From NCBI GenBank assembly GCA_038496445.1, contig JALMLS010000102.1:1-62433 (forward strand): DNA of 62,433 nt. The letters run 5' to 3'. The notes under the pieces are model-generated. The model was not told the origin of the DNA, did no database searches, and worked only from the letters and a program-made list of their open reading frames with translations. This DNA comes from Trichosphaerium sp. ATCC 40318. Lineage: Eukaryota > Protista > Tubulinea. The position numbers and the translations under genes are program-made. Of the stretch, positions 1-11,718 are shown one piece after another. Every line of letters starts with the position of its first letter. The stretch's first letter is position 1.

Positions 1-38
1 TTTTTTCATGAATTCCATTGGCGTTACCCATTTGCTAG

Positions 39-1593
39 AATATGACTGTGGTTGTCTTACCTGACGACAACGGGCTCAATAGATTTTCTGTTGACCCTTT
101 TGTACGTTTTTTGAAACTAGAGTCAACAATCATCTTACACACGTGCTCCTTGTTTAGATCCGAAATCAACCTACTAATTTTACAGCTGGTGGGTCACCGC
201 GTTTCCCGTCACCATTGGCATTGACTGTCGAGTGGAACGGCACTGAACTATTTTACACTGTCAATGGTGCGGCTATGATTGCATTACACACGGCAAATGA
301 TTGCACAGAAGCTGCTTTAAGTACCACAATGTCAGTGACGCTCACACCTGAACAGCTAAACACCACCAAGCTCGTCTACCAAGCAGCACTCAACGTATCC
401 GACGCCGAGCTCAGCATAGAGCAAACAGGTTCCAAGCGCAGCGTTGAACAAGCTGAAAATGTGGTAACTGTTCGATCTTCCAATGGTAAACTACAAACTG
501 TTTTTCTTGGTTTTTTCTGATATCCGGTTTTAGTGATGGCTGTTTCCGCCCTCTTGGCGACTGAAGGAGGTCTTGCAGAGTAAGTATATACGCAAACACT
601 TCTATTACGTGTGCTCACAGAGTTGGTAGCCTTCAGATGGATATTGAAGATGCGCTTCCAGCGGGTGTAGTTGTTGGTGTATGTCTCTAGTTTCCGAAAT
701 GATTTTTTCGATTTAACCTGATTTTGTTACTAGCCTGTTATCGTCGCTCCTCCTTCAACAGCGACGACAGAGGAACCAGTTACTACAACCGCTCCTCCTA
801 CATCAGCCGCTCCTACTACAGCACCTGTAGATACACCTTCAGTGCGTTCGATAAGCCCTCAGTTTTTAGCGCCCCATCTTTTTGGACCCTGTCCTGCTGA
901 TTATTATTTTTGCTTACCGCTGTTTTTAGGCAGCTTCTGGTGGCACTGAGGCCCCTTCTGATGGCTTGAGTTCTGGCGCCATTGTAGGTATTGTTATTGG
1001 CGTGTTGATTGTTTTGTTCATTATCATTGCGATCGTCATGTATGTCTTGAAGAGGAACAAGGACGGCGAGGATGGTGGCTACCCTGAGCAAAGTGGCGGT
1101 GTTACTTCTCCGCCTATGGGTGTGGCTGGTGGCGCTGACCAGGTGTCCTCGTCAGAAGAAGATGATGACGATTCGGATGACGATGACACAAGTGACGAAG
1201 AAACTTCTGAAGAGGATTCTGACGATGACGACACAAGCGACGAAGATGAGGATACAACTGATGAAGATTCATCCGTAGATGACAGGTACGCTGCGTTGTA
1301 CATGAATCAATATCGAATTGTGTGCTAGTGAGGATGAGGAGACTTCTGAAGACGAGGAATCAGAGGAGTCAGAAGAGGACGAAGAGACTTCTGAAGAAGA
1401 GTCAACCGATGAAGATGACACAGATGACGAAGAGTCTTCTGAGGTGTCGTCTGAGGAATCATCAGAAGAGGAGTCATCTGAAGAATCATCAGAGGAGGAA
1501 TCATCTGGTACGGTGTTTTGTTGGCCTATTAACTAGTCTTATTCTGCAATGTATATTGTATCTCTTCTAACTTGTATTTTTGTGCTAGAGTAA
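39..1593 (+). CDS. 5'-truncated duplicate of the mucin-like type I membrane protein (TM + acidic tail)
   Basis: Mirror of 8964-10520. TM AIVGIVIGVLIVLFIIIAIVMYVL-KRNK, D/E/S-rich tail, last exon gives S-S-E-TAA at 1591-1593. The 5' part lies outside the window. Confidence 0.8.
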
Positions 1594-1805
1594 TTATGAT
1601 CCGTGCTATCAGTCTCGCTATGTCTAGCTTGTATTGGTGTCCTGCCCACTTTTGTAGGTTGAATAAATTATTTATCCAGTCAAACTGTATTGTTTGTATG
1701 ATTTTTTTTTGGTTGCGGTGTATTTCGGCATTGGTGTTTCATGAATATTGCCACATTCGTCGTGCCGTTTCCTTCGTTGTCAGTCGAGCCTGCAAACAAA
1801 GAGCC

Positions 1806-2851
1806 ATGAACGATAACCAAACCATTTTGGATGGTTTAAAGAAGATTGAGACTGATAATAACGTATCGGTTTAGTAATACACCGTAGTAGCTCAAAACAG
1901 GTAGGTTCGCATTTTATTGGCGGTAGAAGTTGGTAGTAGGGCGTGGGGAGTGTACGACGCGACGTCAGACTACGACGTGAAGGTAAGGCGCTATTTAACG
2001 GTCTTGGCGTCAAATTCAACTCAATACGCTTAGTTCATATACGTACCGACGCTTTCATGGTTTCACTCGATTGATGAGGGTCGTCATTTGTTAATAGACG
2101 TATTTGACACAGAGAACAACATTGATTACAACGGTAACTAACAACAAGTGGTACTGATCTAATTATGCGCAGGTTGGAACATTGTAAAGGCGTTACGGAT
2201 GTTGCGGTCACACAATTGCTCTGTCTTTGAGTGGATGCGATCGCCAGTGCGCTACATTGTTGATGAGGCGTTTTTAAAAAGATTCACGGCACTTGGTATG
2301 AAGCATGTGCTACAAAAAGCCATTGCATGCAAGGTATGTGGTTTGCATGAATACCCCCTGTACTCAAAAAACCTGCAGTATCATGCTATGGCTCAGAAGC
2401 ATTGGCGTGAATATATAGCCAACAAGAACACTGTAAGATACAAAAAGTACTTTTATGTCATACGCCCACTTGCTTGCATAGCATGGTTGCAAGCCAATGA
2501 ACAAGGCAAGTTGAAGCTTCATTTTTATGTTAATAAATTTTGTTGGCAGGATTACCACCATTTGATTTTAGTGCTGTCTTGCAAGCAATAAGTGATATGC
2601 CACATGAAGTTAAAACTATAATTGACAATTTAATCAATCTCAAAAAAGCAGGCTCTCTTACTGAAGGGCCTAAAATGCTTGTTTTAGGTATGTTTTTTAA
2701 TGTCACTTGTGTAATATAATTACTAGAAAAATGGCTGAATGCTATGCTTGATGTTATGGGAGAGTATGCAAGAAGTTTACCAACTAAAAAAACTGTTGAA
2801 ACAACTGATTATAATGTATTATTGCATGATATTTTAATAAAAGAACAATAA
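1806..2851 (+). CDS. YcgL/RlaP-type nucleotidyltransferase (PF10127-like, DNA polymerase beta superfamily), multi-exon
   Basis: Spliced protein: IETDNN|VRILLAVEVGSRAWGVYDATSDYDVK ... GWNIVKALRMLRSHNCSVFEWMRSPVRY ... YKKYFYVIRPLACIAWL ... GLPPFDF. This matches the ESGSRAWG.S.DSDYD motif and the KKY.YV.RP motif. Confidence 0.85.
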
Positions 2852-2869
2852 ATTGGTTATATTTGTTTA

Positions 2870-4870
2870 TAGTAAGGTGACCATATTCTTACTGCTGGCA
2901 TTGGATAAAAATACATGAAAAACATGTATGTTGGACTACTGTCTATTGTATTTCTGAACAATGATTACAAAATCCTGATGAAAGTTATCAACAACAGTCT
3001 GCTACAGTTTCTCCCCAACATCATCAACAACCACAATGGATTTATCCCTGGCTGCAATATTGTGGACAACCAAATAGCTACATTGGAGGTTATCCCAGTC
3101 ATGTTGCCTCTGGCACTTAACTTTCACTCTGTTTCTTAGACAACAAAAAGCTTTTGATAGCTGTGCCCATAATGTGCTTGTCATGATCCTGGTTCATATT
3201 GGCATCTCTTTGGTCATTGCTACCTTCATTGTCAACCTGCTACAAATCAACATCTCTATTTGTATTAATGGCACTATTTCCAACAAGTCATTTAAAGTGG
3301 AATGAAAAACTGGTCAAGGCAACCCTTTTAGCCCACTTTCTTTGCTCTCATGTTGGAACCTCTTAGTCAGGCTGTAACCTCTGATCCATCTATCTTTGGA
3401 GCCAAAGCAGCATGATGCTGCTTAAGCAAATATTGTTTGCAGCTGATGCTCTCATTACAGCTACCTCTGATGCAGTCATTTGAACTTGTTTGTGCCAGTG
3501 GTGGAATCGGACAGAACGCGAATCGCACGTTTTGGGCACGTTTTTTTTTCACGTAAAAGGCACGTTTCTCTTCCACATGCTGGCCACGCAAATCACACAT
3601 TTTGGACACGTTTTGGGCACGTTTATTACCTACGTTTTGGGCACGTTTTAGGCATGTTTATTTTCCACGTTTTGGGCACGTTTTGGCCACGCATATCACA
3701 CGTTTTGGGCACGCATAAAACACCACTTTATAGAGGAAAAGAAAATAACAATTTATTACGATACATAACACATAACGATTACAAAGAGGTTTGGTACAAT
3801 TATTACAAACTTTACATAAAACTATCCCCCATAAACGATACCCAGTTTATATCAACCAACTTCATGTTTTTGCCATTTTACCTGCTTTTTTCGCCAATCC
3901 TGCCTTATCGTAAATACTTAAGCAAGAACTTACCTAATTAGGCAAAAAATCTCAAATCCAATAATCGTCTTTAAAAGGGGTTTAATGGAGTTATTGCACC
4001 ATAATATCCTTAAACTACCCTAAATATCTATTTTCTATCGTTTTTGCCTTAAAAAGGGGCACCGAACCCCAAACCACCACGAAACCATGCATTGTACCTA
4101 TAGTGGGCCATACTTCGTTTTTTAAAGGATTCGTACTAGTAGACCTGAGTTATTCACGAAAAATAGGAAAATCAAGAAATTGTTGGTTTTTGGGTATTTT
4201 TAGATTTTTCGCCTACTTTTAGAGCCATGCCAATACAAACCTAACTACTGCTTACTTGGGTGAAAATACATGTTTTATTGTTGACGATCAGAGGTGATCG
4301 GCTTTGGGGTGAGATGGTTGAGTTTTGAGTTTGCCAATTTTTTTATTTTCAATTTGTCTCCAAATTTCTATTAAGGACAGGTCATGGTTAAAACACGCAA
4401 ATGGCACTATTTGGGCACGTTTATTGCAAATATACAACACACAAATGGCACGTTTTGGGCACGTTTATTTAACACGCAAATGGCACGTTTTAAGCATGCG
4501 TATTTTGTCCGATTCCACTGATGAACTTTTCAAATCTTTGCTGCTTTGAATTGACAATACCCAAATTGAAAGTGCTTCAAATGAGAGTAAATTCCAACTG
4601 ATAGGTACTTATTGAAAGTGTATCAACTGGCTTTAAAACAATATTGTCTTGAAATCTACACAAAAACAAAATATAGTCATTGCAAAATTGTCATTACCCT
4701 TAGTTTGCAAGGCCATACATAGGTCTACCAGCTTCACATATTTTTGACAAGCTAACATAACATTTAAAACCAAGCAAAAAACTGTACTTGTTTAACAAAA
4801 TAGCATAACATATGTTTAATTTTTAAAACCTTAGATTTATCAGCTCCACCAACTTTCAAGCTAATAACAC
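2870..4870 (+). mobile_element. Degenerate non-LTR retrotransposon (L1/Tx1-like) reverse transcriptase, interrupted by a TIR element
   Basis: Motifs LNNDYKILMKVINN, GFIPGCNIVDN, LDNKKAFDS, INGTIS..F.VE*KTGQGNPFSPL and ILFAADAL (decayed FADD). Contains stops and frameshifts; RT-like sequence resumes after 4520. Confidence 0.85.
3496..4520. mobile_element. Non-autonomous ~1.0-kb TIR element (MITE-like) with CACGTTTTGGG subterminal repeats
   Basis: 13-bp perfect TIR GTGGAATCGGACA (3501-3513) / TGTCCGATTCCAC (4506-4518). Motif clusters at 3526-3715 and 4404-4495. No transposase. It splits the RT remnant. Confidence 0.75.
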
Positions 4871-4884
4871 TTAAAAACAACTAA

Positions 4885-5323
4885 ATAACAGGTCGAAAGT
4901 ACGGGTCACGTACGGGTTTAATCTGTGTCAAAAGTACAGAACCTGTACGGGTTAAGTATGGGTCAAAAGTATGGAACCTGTACAGGTTAGGTATGGGTCA
5001 AAATATGTGTCAGCAGTTATAATTGTGTACACAAAATAGTAAAAACAATGGATTGGTTTATTGTTTTCTTAACTATTACAGGGTACATTTACATTACAAC
5101 ACATTACAATACATTACATTACAACCCCATTACCACTAAATGTTTTTGACCTGTTTGAGGAGATATTTTAGACATCATGCCTTAATTGTCCTAAACCCCA
5201 ACTTAATATCCACAACTTAACAACTATTTCAGAAAAATGCTTGAAAACCATAATCCCTTTAAAAAGTGGTTTACTAGAGTTATTAGGCCATAATATGCTT
5301 AAACTACTCCAAATATATTTTCT
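4885..5323 (+). repeat. Older diverged relative of the TIR element: ~34-bp GTACGGGT(C/T) repeats, an (ACATT/ACAAC)n microsatellite and sequence homologous to 3855-4036
   Basis: aaaagtacagaacctgtacgggttaagtatgggtc occurs twice. acattacaac repeats at 5086-5125. 5232-5323 aligns by eye with 3945-4036. Confidence 0.6.
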
Positions 5324-5683
5324 GAAATAGTTGTTAAGTTGTGGATATTAAGTTGGGGTTTAGGACAATTAAGGCATGATGTCTAAAATATCTCCTCAAA
5401 CAGGTCAAAAACATTTAGTGGTAATGGGGTTGTAATGTAATGTATTGTAATGTGTTGTAATGTAAATGTACCCTGTAATAGTTAAGAAAACAATAAACCA
5501 ATCCATTGTTTTTACTATTTTGTGTACACAATTATAACTGCTGACACATATTTTGACCCATACCTAACCTGTACAGGTTCCATACTTTTGACCCATACTT
5601 AACCCGTACAGGTTCTGTACTTTTGACACAGATTAAACCCGTACGTGACCCGTACTTTCGACCTGTTATTTAGTTGTTTTTAA

Positions 5684-7690
5684 GTGTTATTAGCTTGAAA
5701 GTTGGTGGAGCTGATAAATCTAAGGTTTTAAAAATTAAACATATGTTATGCTATTTTGTTAAACAAGTACAGTTTTTTGCTTGGTTTTAAATGTTATGTT
5801 AGCTTGTCAAAAATATGTGAAGCTGGTAGACCTATGTATGGCCTTGCAAACTAAGGGTAATGACAATTTTGCAATGACTATATTTTGTTTTTGTGTAGAT
5901 TTCAAGACAATATTGTTTTAAAGCCAGTTGATACACTTTCAATAAGTACCTATCAGTTGGAATTTACTCTCATTTGAAGCACTTTCAATTTGGGTATTGT
6001 CAATTCAAAGCAGCAAAGATTTGAAAAGTTCATCAGTGGAATCGGACAAAATACGCATGCTTAAAACGTGCCATTTGCGTGTTAAATAAACGTGCCCAAA
6101 ACGTGCCATTTGTGTGTTGTATATTTGCAATAAACGTGCCCAAATAGTGCCATTTGCGTGTTTTAACCATGACCTGTCCTTAATAGAAATTTGGAGACAA
6201 ATTGAAAATAAAAAAATTGGCAAACTCAAAACTCAACCATCTCACCCCAAAGCCGATCACCTCTGATCGTCAACAATAAAACATGTATTTTCACCCAAGT
6301 AAGCAGTAGTTAGGTTTGTATTGGCATGGCTCTAAAAGTAGGCGAAAAAATCTAAAAATACCCAAAAACCAACAATTTCTTGATTTTCCTATTTTTCGTG
6401 AATAACTCAGGTCTACTAGTACGAATCCTTTAAAAAACGAAGTATGGCCCACTATTAGGTACAATGCATGGTTTCGTGGTGGTTTGGGGTTCGGTGCCCC
6501 TTTTTAAGGCAAAAACGATAGAAAATAGATATTTAGGGTAGTTTAAGGATATTATGGTGCAATAACTCCATTAAACCCCTTTTTAAAGACGATTATTGGA
6601 TTTGAGATTTTTTGCCTAATTAGGTAAGTTCTTGCTTAAGTATTTACGATAAGGCAGGATTGGCGAAAAAAGCAGGTAAAATGGCAAAAACATGAAGTTG
6701 GTTGATATAAACTGGGTATCGTTTATGTGGGGATAGTTTTATGTAAAGTTTGTAATAATTGTACCAAACCTCTTTGTAATCGTTATGTGTTATGTATCGT
6801 AATAAATTGTTATTTTCTTTTCCTCTATAAAGTGGTGTTTTATGCGTGCCCAAAACGTGTGATATGCGTGGCCAAAACGTGCCCAAAACGTGGAAAATAA
6901 ACATGCCTAAAACGTGCCCAAAACGTAGGTAATAAACGTGCCCAAAACGTGTCCAAAATGTGTGATTTGCGTGGCCAGCATGTGGAAGAGAAACGTGCCT
7001 TTTACGTGAAAAAAAAACGTGCCCAAAACGTGCGATTCGCGTTCTGTCCGATTCCACCACTGGCACAAACAAGTTCAAATGACTGCATCAGAGGTAGCTG
7101 TAATGAGAGCATCAGCTGCAAACAATATTTGCTTAAGCAGCATCATGCTGCTTTGGCTCCAAAGATAGATGGATCAGAGGTTACAGCCTGACTAAGAGGT
7201 TCCAACATGAGAGCAAAGAAAGTGGGCTAAAAGGGTTGCCTTGACCAGTTTTTCATTCCACTTTAAATGACTTGTTGGAAATAGTGCCATTAATACAAAT
7301 AGAGATGTTGATTTGTAGCAGGTTGACAATGAAGGTAGCAATGACCAAAGAGATGCCAATATGAACCAGGATCATGACAAGCACATTATGGGCACAGCTA
7401 TCAAAAGCTTTTTGTTGTCTAAGAAACAGAGTGAAAGTTAAGTGCCAGAGGCAACATGACTGGGATAACCTCCAATGTAGCTATTTGGTTGTCCACAATA
7501 TTGCAGCCAGGGATAAATCCATTGTGGTTGTTGATGATGTTGGGGAGAAACTGTAGCAGACTGTTGTTGATAACTTTCATCAGGATTTTGTAATCATTGT
7601 TCAGAATACAATAGACAGTAGTCCAACATACATGTTTTTCATGTATTTTTATCCAATGCCAGCAGTAAGAATATGGTCACCTTACTATAA
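5684..7690 (-). mobile_element. Mirror copy of the degenerate LINE RT
   Basis: Reverse complement of 2870-4870. Confidence 0.8.
6034..7062. mobile_element. Mirror copy of the TIR element
   Basis: cagtggaatcggaca at 6034 and tgtccgattccaccactg ending at 7062. Confidence 0.75.
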
Positions 7691-7705
7691 ACAAATATAA
7701 CCAAT

Positions 7706-8751
7706 TTATTGTTCTTTTATTAAAATATCATGCAATAATACATTATAATCAGTTGTTTCAACAGTTTTTTTAGTTGGTAAACTTCTTGCATACTCTCCCA
7801 TAACATCAAGCATAGCATTCAGCCATTTTTCTAGTAATTATATTACACAAGTGACATTAAAAAACATACCTAAAACAAGCATTTTAGGCCCTTCAGTAAG
7901 AGAGCCTGCTTTTTTGAGATTGATTAAATTGTCAATTATAGTTTTAACTTCATGTGGCATATCACTTATTGCTTGCAAGACAGCACTAAAATCAAATGGT
8001 GGTAATCCTGCCAACAAAATTTATTAACATAAAAATGAAGCTTCAACTTGCCTTGTTCATTGGCTTGCAACCATGCTATGCAAGCAAGTGGGCGTATGAC
8101 ATAAAAGTACTTTTTGTATCTTACAGTGTTCTTGTTGGCTATATATTCACGCCAATGCTTCTGAGCCATAGCATGATACTGCAGGTTTTTTGAGTACAGG
8201 GGGTATTCATGCAAACCACATACCTTGCATGCAATGGCTTTTCGTAGCACATGCTTCATACCAAGTGCCGTGAATCTTTTTAAAAACGCCTCATCAACAA
8301 TGTAGCGCACTGGCGATCGCATCCACTCAAAGACAGAGCAATTGTGTGACCGCAACATCCGTAACGCCTTTACAATGTTCCAACCTGCGCATAATTAGAT
8401 CAGTACCACTTGTTGTTAGTTACCGTTGTAATCAATGTTGTTCTCTGTGTCAAATACGTCTATTAACAAATGACGACCCTCATCAATCGAGTGAAACCAT
8501 GAAAGCGTCGGTACGTATATGAACTAAGCGTATTGAGTTGAATTTGACGCCAAGACCGTTAAATAGCGCCTTACCTTCACGTCGTAGTCTGACGTCGCGT
8601 CGTACACTCCCCACGCCCTACTACCAACTTCTACCGCCAATAAAATGCGAACCTACCTGTTTTGAGCTACTACGGTGTATTACTAAACCGATACGTTATT
8701 ATCAGTCTCAATCTTCTTTAAACCATCCAAAATGGTTTGGTTATCGTTCAT
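7706..8751 (-). CDS. YcgL/RlaP-type nucleotidyltransferase, second copy
   Basis: Reverse complement of 1806-2851, with HVLRK here versus HVLQK in the left copy. Confidence 0.85.
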
Positions 8752-8963
8752 GGCTCTTTGTTTGCAGGCTCGACTGACAACGAAGGAAACGGCACGACGA
8801 ATGTGGCAATATTCATGAAACACCAATGCCGAAATACACCGCAACCAAAAAAAAATCATACAAACAATACAGTTTGACTGGATAAATAATTTATTCAACC
8901 TACAAAAGTGGGCAGGACACCAATACAAGCTAGACATAGCGAGACTGATAGCACGGATCATAA

Positions 8964-11267
8964 TTACTCTAGCACAAAAATACAAGTTAGAAGAGACACA
9001 ATATACATTGCAGAATAAGACTAGTTAATAGGCCAACAAAACACCGTACCAGATGATTCCTCCTCTGATGATTCTTCAGATGACTCCTCTTCTGATGATT
9101 CCTCAGACGACACCTCAGAAGACTCTTCGTCATCTGTGTCATCTTCATCGGTTGACTCTTCTTCAGAAGTCTCTTCGTCCTCTTCTGACTCCTCTGATTC
9201 CTCGTCTTCAGAAGTCTCCTCATCCTCACTAGCACACAATTCGATATTGATTCATGTACAACGCAGCGTACCTGTCATCTACGGATGAATCTTCATCAGT
9301 TGTATCCTCATCTTCGTCGCTTGTGTCGTCATCGTCAGAATCCTCTTCAGAAGTTTCTTCGTCACTTGTGTCATCGTCATCCGAATCGTCATCATCTTCT
9401 TCTGACGAGGACACCTGGTCAGCGCCACCAGCCACACCCATAGGCGGAGAAGTAACACCGCCACTTTGCTCAGGGTAGCCACCATCCTCGCCGTCCTTGT
9501 TCCTCTTCAAGACGTACATGACGATCGCAATGATAATGAACAAAACAATCAACACGCCAATAACAATACCTACAATGGCGCCAGAACTCAAGCCATCAGA
9601 AGGGGCCTCAGTGCCACCAGAAGCTGCCTAAAAACAGCGGTAAGCAAAAATAATAATCAGCAGGACAGGGTCCAAAAAGATGGGGCGCTAAAAACTGAGG
9701 GCTTATCGAACGCACTGAAGGTGTATCTACAGGTGCTGCAGTAGGAGCGGCTGATGTAGGAGGAGCGGTTGTAGTAACTGGTTCCTCTGTCGTCGCTGTT
9801 GAAGGAGGAGCGACGATAACAGGCTAGTAACAAAATCAGGTTAAATCGAAAAAATCATTTCGGAAACTAGAGACATACACCAACAACTACACCCGCTGGA
9901 AGCGCATCTTCAATATCCATCTGAAGGCTACCAACTCTGTGAGCACACGTAATAGAAGTGTTTGCGTATATACTTACTCTGCAAGACCTCCTTCAGTCGC
10001 CAAGAGGGCGGAAACAGCCATCACTAAAACCGGATATCAGAAAAAACCAAGAAAAACAGTTTGTAGTTTACCATTGGAAGATCGAACAGTTACCACATTT
10101 TCAGCTTGTTCAACGCTGCGCTTGGAACCTGTTTGCTCTATGCTGAGCTCGGCGTCGGATACGTTGAGTGCTGCTTGGTAGACGAGCTTGGTGGTGTTTA
10201 GCTGTTCAGGTGTGAGCGTCACTGACATTGTGGTACTTAAAGCAGCTTCTGTGCAATCATTTGCCGTGTGTAATGCAATCATAGCCGCACCATTGACAGT
10301 GTAAAATAGTTCAGTGCCGTTCCACTCGACAGTCAATGCCAATGGTGACGGGAAACGCGGTGACCCACCAGCTGTAAAATTAGTAGGTTGATTTCGGATC
10401 TAAACAAGGAGCACGTGTGTAAGATGATTGTTGACTCTAGTTTCAAAAAACGTACAAAAGGGTCAACAGAAAATCTATTGAGCCCGTTGTCGTCAGGTAA
10501 GACAACCACAGTCATATTCTAGCAAATAGGTAAACACCATTGGAATTCATGAAAAAACAAGAAAAACGTATTCAAGAAAAACCAGCATCTTACGTAGTTG
10601 TTGATGTAGCCATAGTACGCTGTGTATGTTCCCTCATTTTCAGTCTTGCAATCAACAAAAAGCGATATCTACAGAGGGGTTAGTGTGTATTTTGAAGTAG
10701 TGCTAGGGTGATTGTTCAATTAAAAAAAAACCCAAAAAGAAACCATCCGATCGATTACACAAAACACGTACCAGATCCCTGGCTGATGCTGGAGAGCTAG
10801 TTGGCCCAACTGGTGGTGGCGTCGTTGGCGCCTCTGTAACGTTTGCCATTGGAGGCATAGTAGTGGTATTCATAGTCGTATTCATAGTTGGTGCTTCAGT
10901 AGCATTTGGAGCCATAGTTGGCGCCTCAGTCACGTTTGGGGCCATAGTTGGTGCGTCAGTAGCATTTGGAGCCATGGTAGGCGCTTCAGTCATGTTTGCG
11001 ACCATGGTAGGCGCTTCGGTCATGTTTGCTACCGGCGCCTCGGTCATATTATTTGCACTACAGCCAGGCAGACACTAAAGACACCTTTAATTTTTGCACC
11101 ATATCATTTGGCGCTTGGCAAATAGCATCACGTGGTTTTAAACGTTATTTGCGCCACACTCTCATACTAGAAAGTACATTTTCGCCAACCAGAAACGCGT
11201 TGTTAGGTTTTTTGCGTACCATTAGGATGAATACAGAACAAACGGTAAATAAAGCCAAATAATTCAT
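8964..11267 (-). CDS. Mucin-like type I membrane glycoprotein (signal peptide, TEAPT repeats, TM, acidic cytoplasmic tail)
   Basis: MNYLALFTVCSVFILM|YESVAQIT|ANNMTEAP..., many NxT sequons, a single TM and a D/E/S tail. Canonical GT-AG introns. Confidence 0.85.
10820..11050 (-). repeat. Coding ~30-bp minisatellite (MAPNxTEAPT)
   Basis: Repeating MAPNATEAPT / MVANMTEAPT units in ORF 10703..11047. Confidence 0.85.
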
Positions 11268-11718
11268 GTGTTGGCTAAAGGTCTGGTGCTACGGGGTTGG
11301 ATAACTACAGAATCTGGAAAAATTCAGCACATTTTGGATGTGTGAACGCCCTGCATTGCCGACAAAAAGTAGTTAAAACCGCAATACTGCACCCGCGATA
11401 AAGAGGTTCCTTTTAGTTATGGCAAAAAAATGTTTTTATGTTGTATTATTATTACATGTTACACCTGTACAGCTACTACTAGAGGGGCTGGATATCAACC
11501 CGATCTTTTACAAAAAAAACAAAAGGGTACGTTCTACGGCTTGTACAATAAATAAATCGAGGTGAAAACACAAAAAAAATGCTTTCTCGAGATTTCACTA
11601 GCGCTGGGCAGCAACAAACACGCAAAAAACCCAAACAGGTGCTTTCGGCACTGCGTTTTTGCCAATACCCCCTAATTGTCCTTATCTTACAATCGCAGAT
11701 GCATGTGGAAAACGGCAG

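Larger units (their letters stand above)
1..10556. repeat. Large inverted duplication (palindrome): arms 1-5236 and 5318-10556, 81-nt spacer
   Basis: Essentially every ORF is mirrored (4325..4549+ / 6005..6229-; 42..224+ / 10333..10515-). Arms end at agaaaa(5236) and ttttct(5318) and differ by only a few substitutions and 1-nt indels. Confidence 0.97.

Noticed and set aside
3526-3715. CRISPR-like repeat array
   Set aside because: The 11-bp motifs are irregularly spaced inside a TIR element, there are no unique spacers or cas genes, and the context is eukaryotic.
3480-3941. 153-aa ORF with RFGHV repeats (and its mirror 6644..7078)
   Set aside because: It is a translation of the CACGTTTTGGG DNA motif, and the frame differs between the two arms.
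5086-5125. True telomeric tract
   Set aside because: A short degenerate ACATT/ACAAC microsatellite with no G-run, resembling the interior of the TIR element.
5237-5317. Poxvirus-like incompletely paired terminal hairpin
   Set aside because: The spacer is not self-complementary beyond a short AAACCA/TGGTTT stem, and it derives from a repeat.
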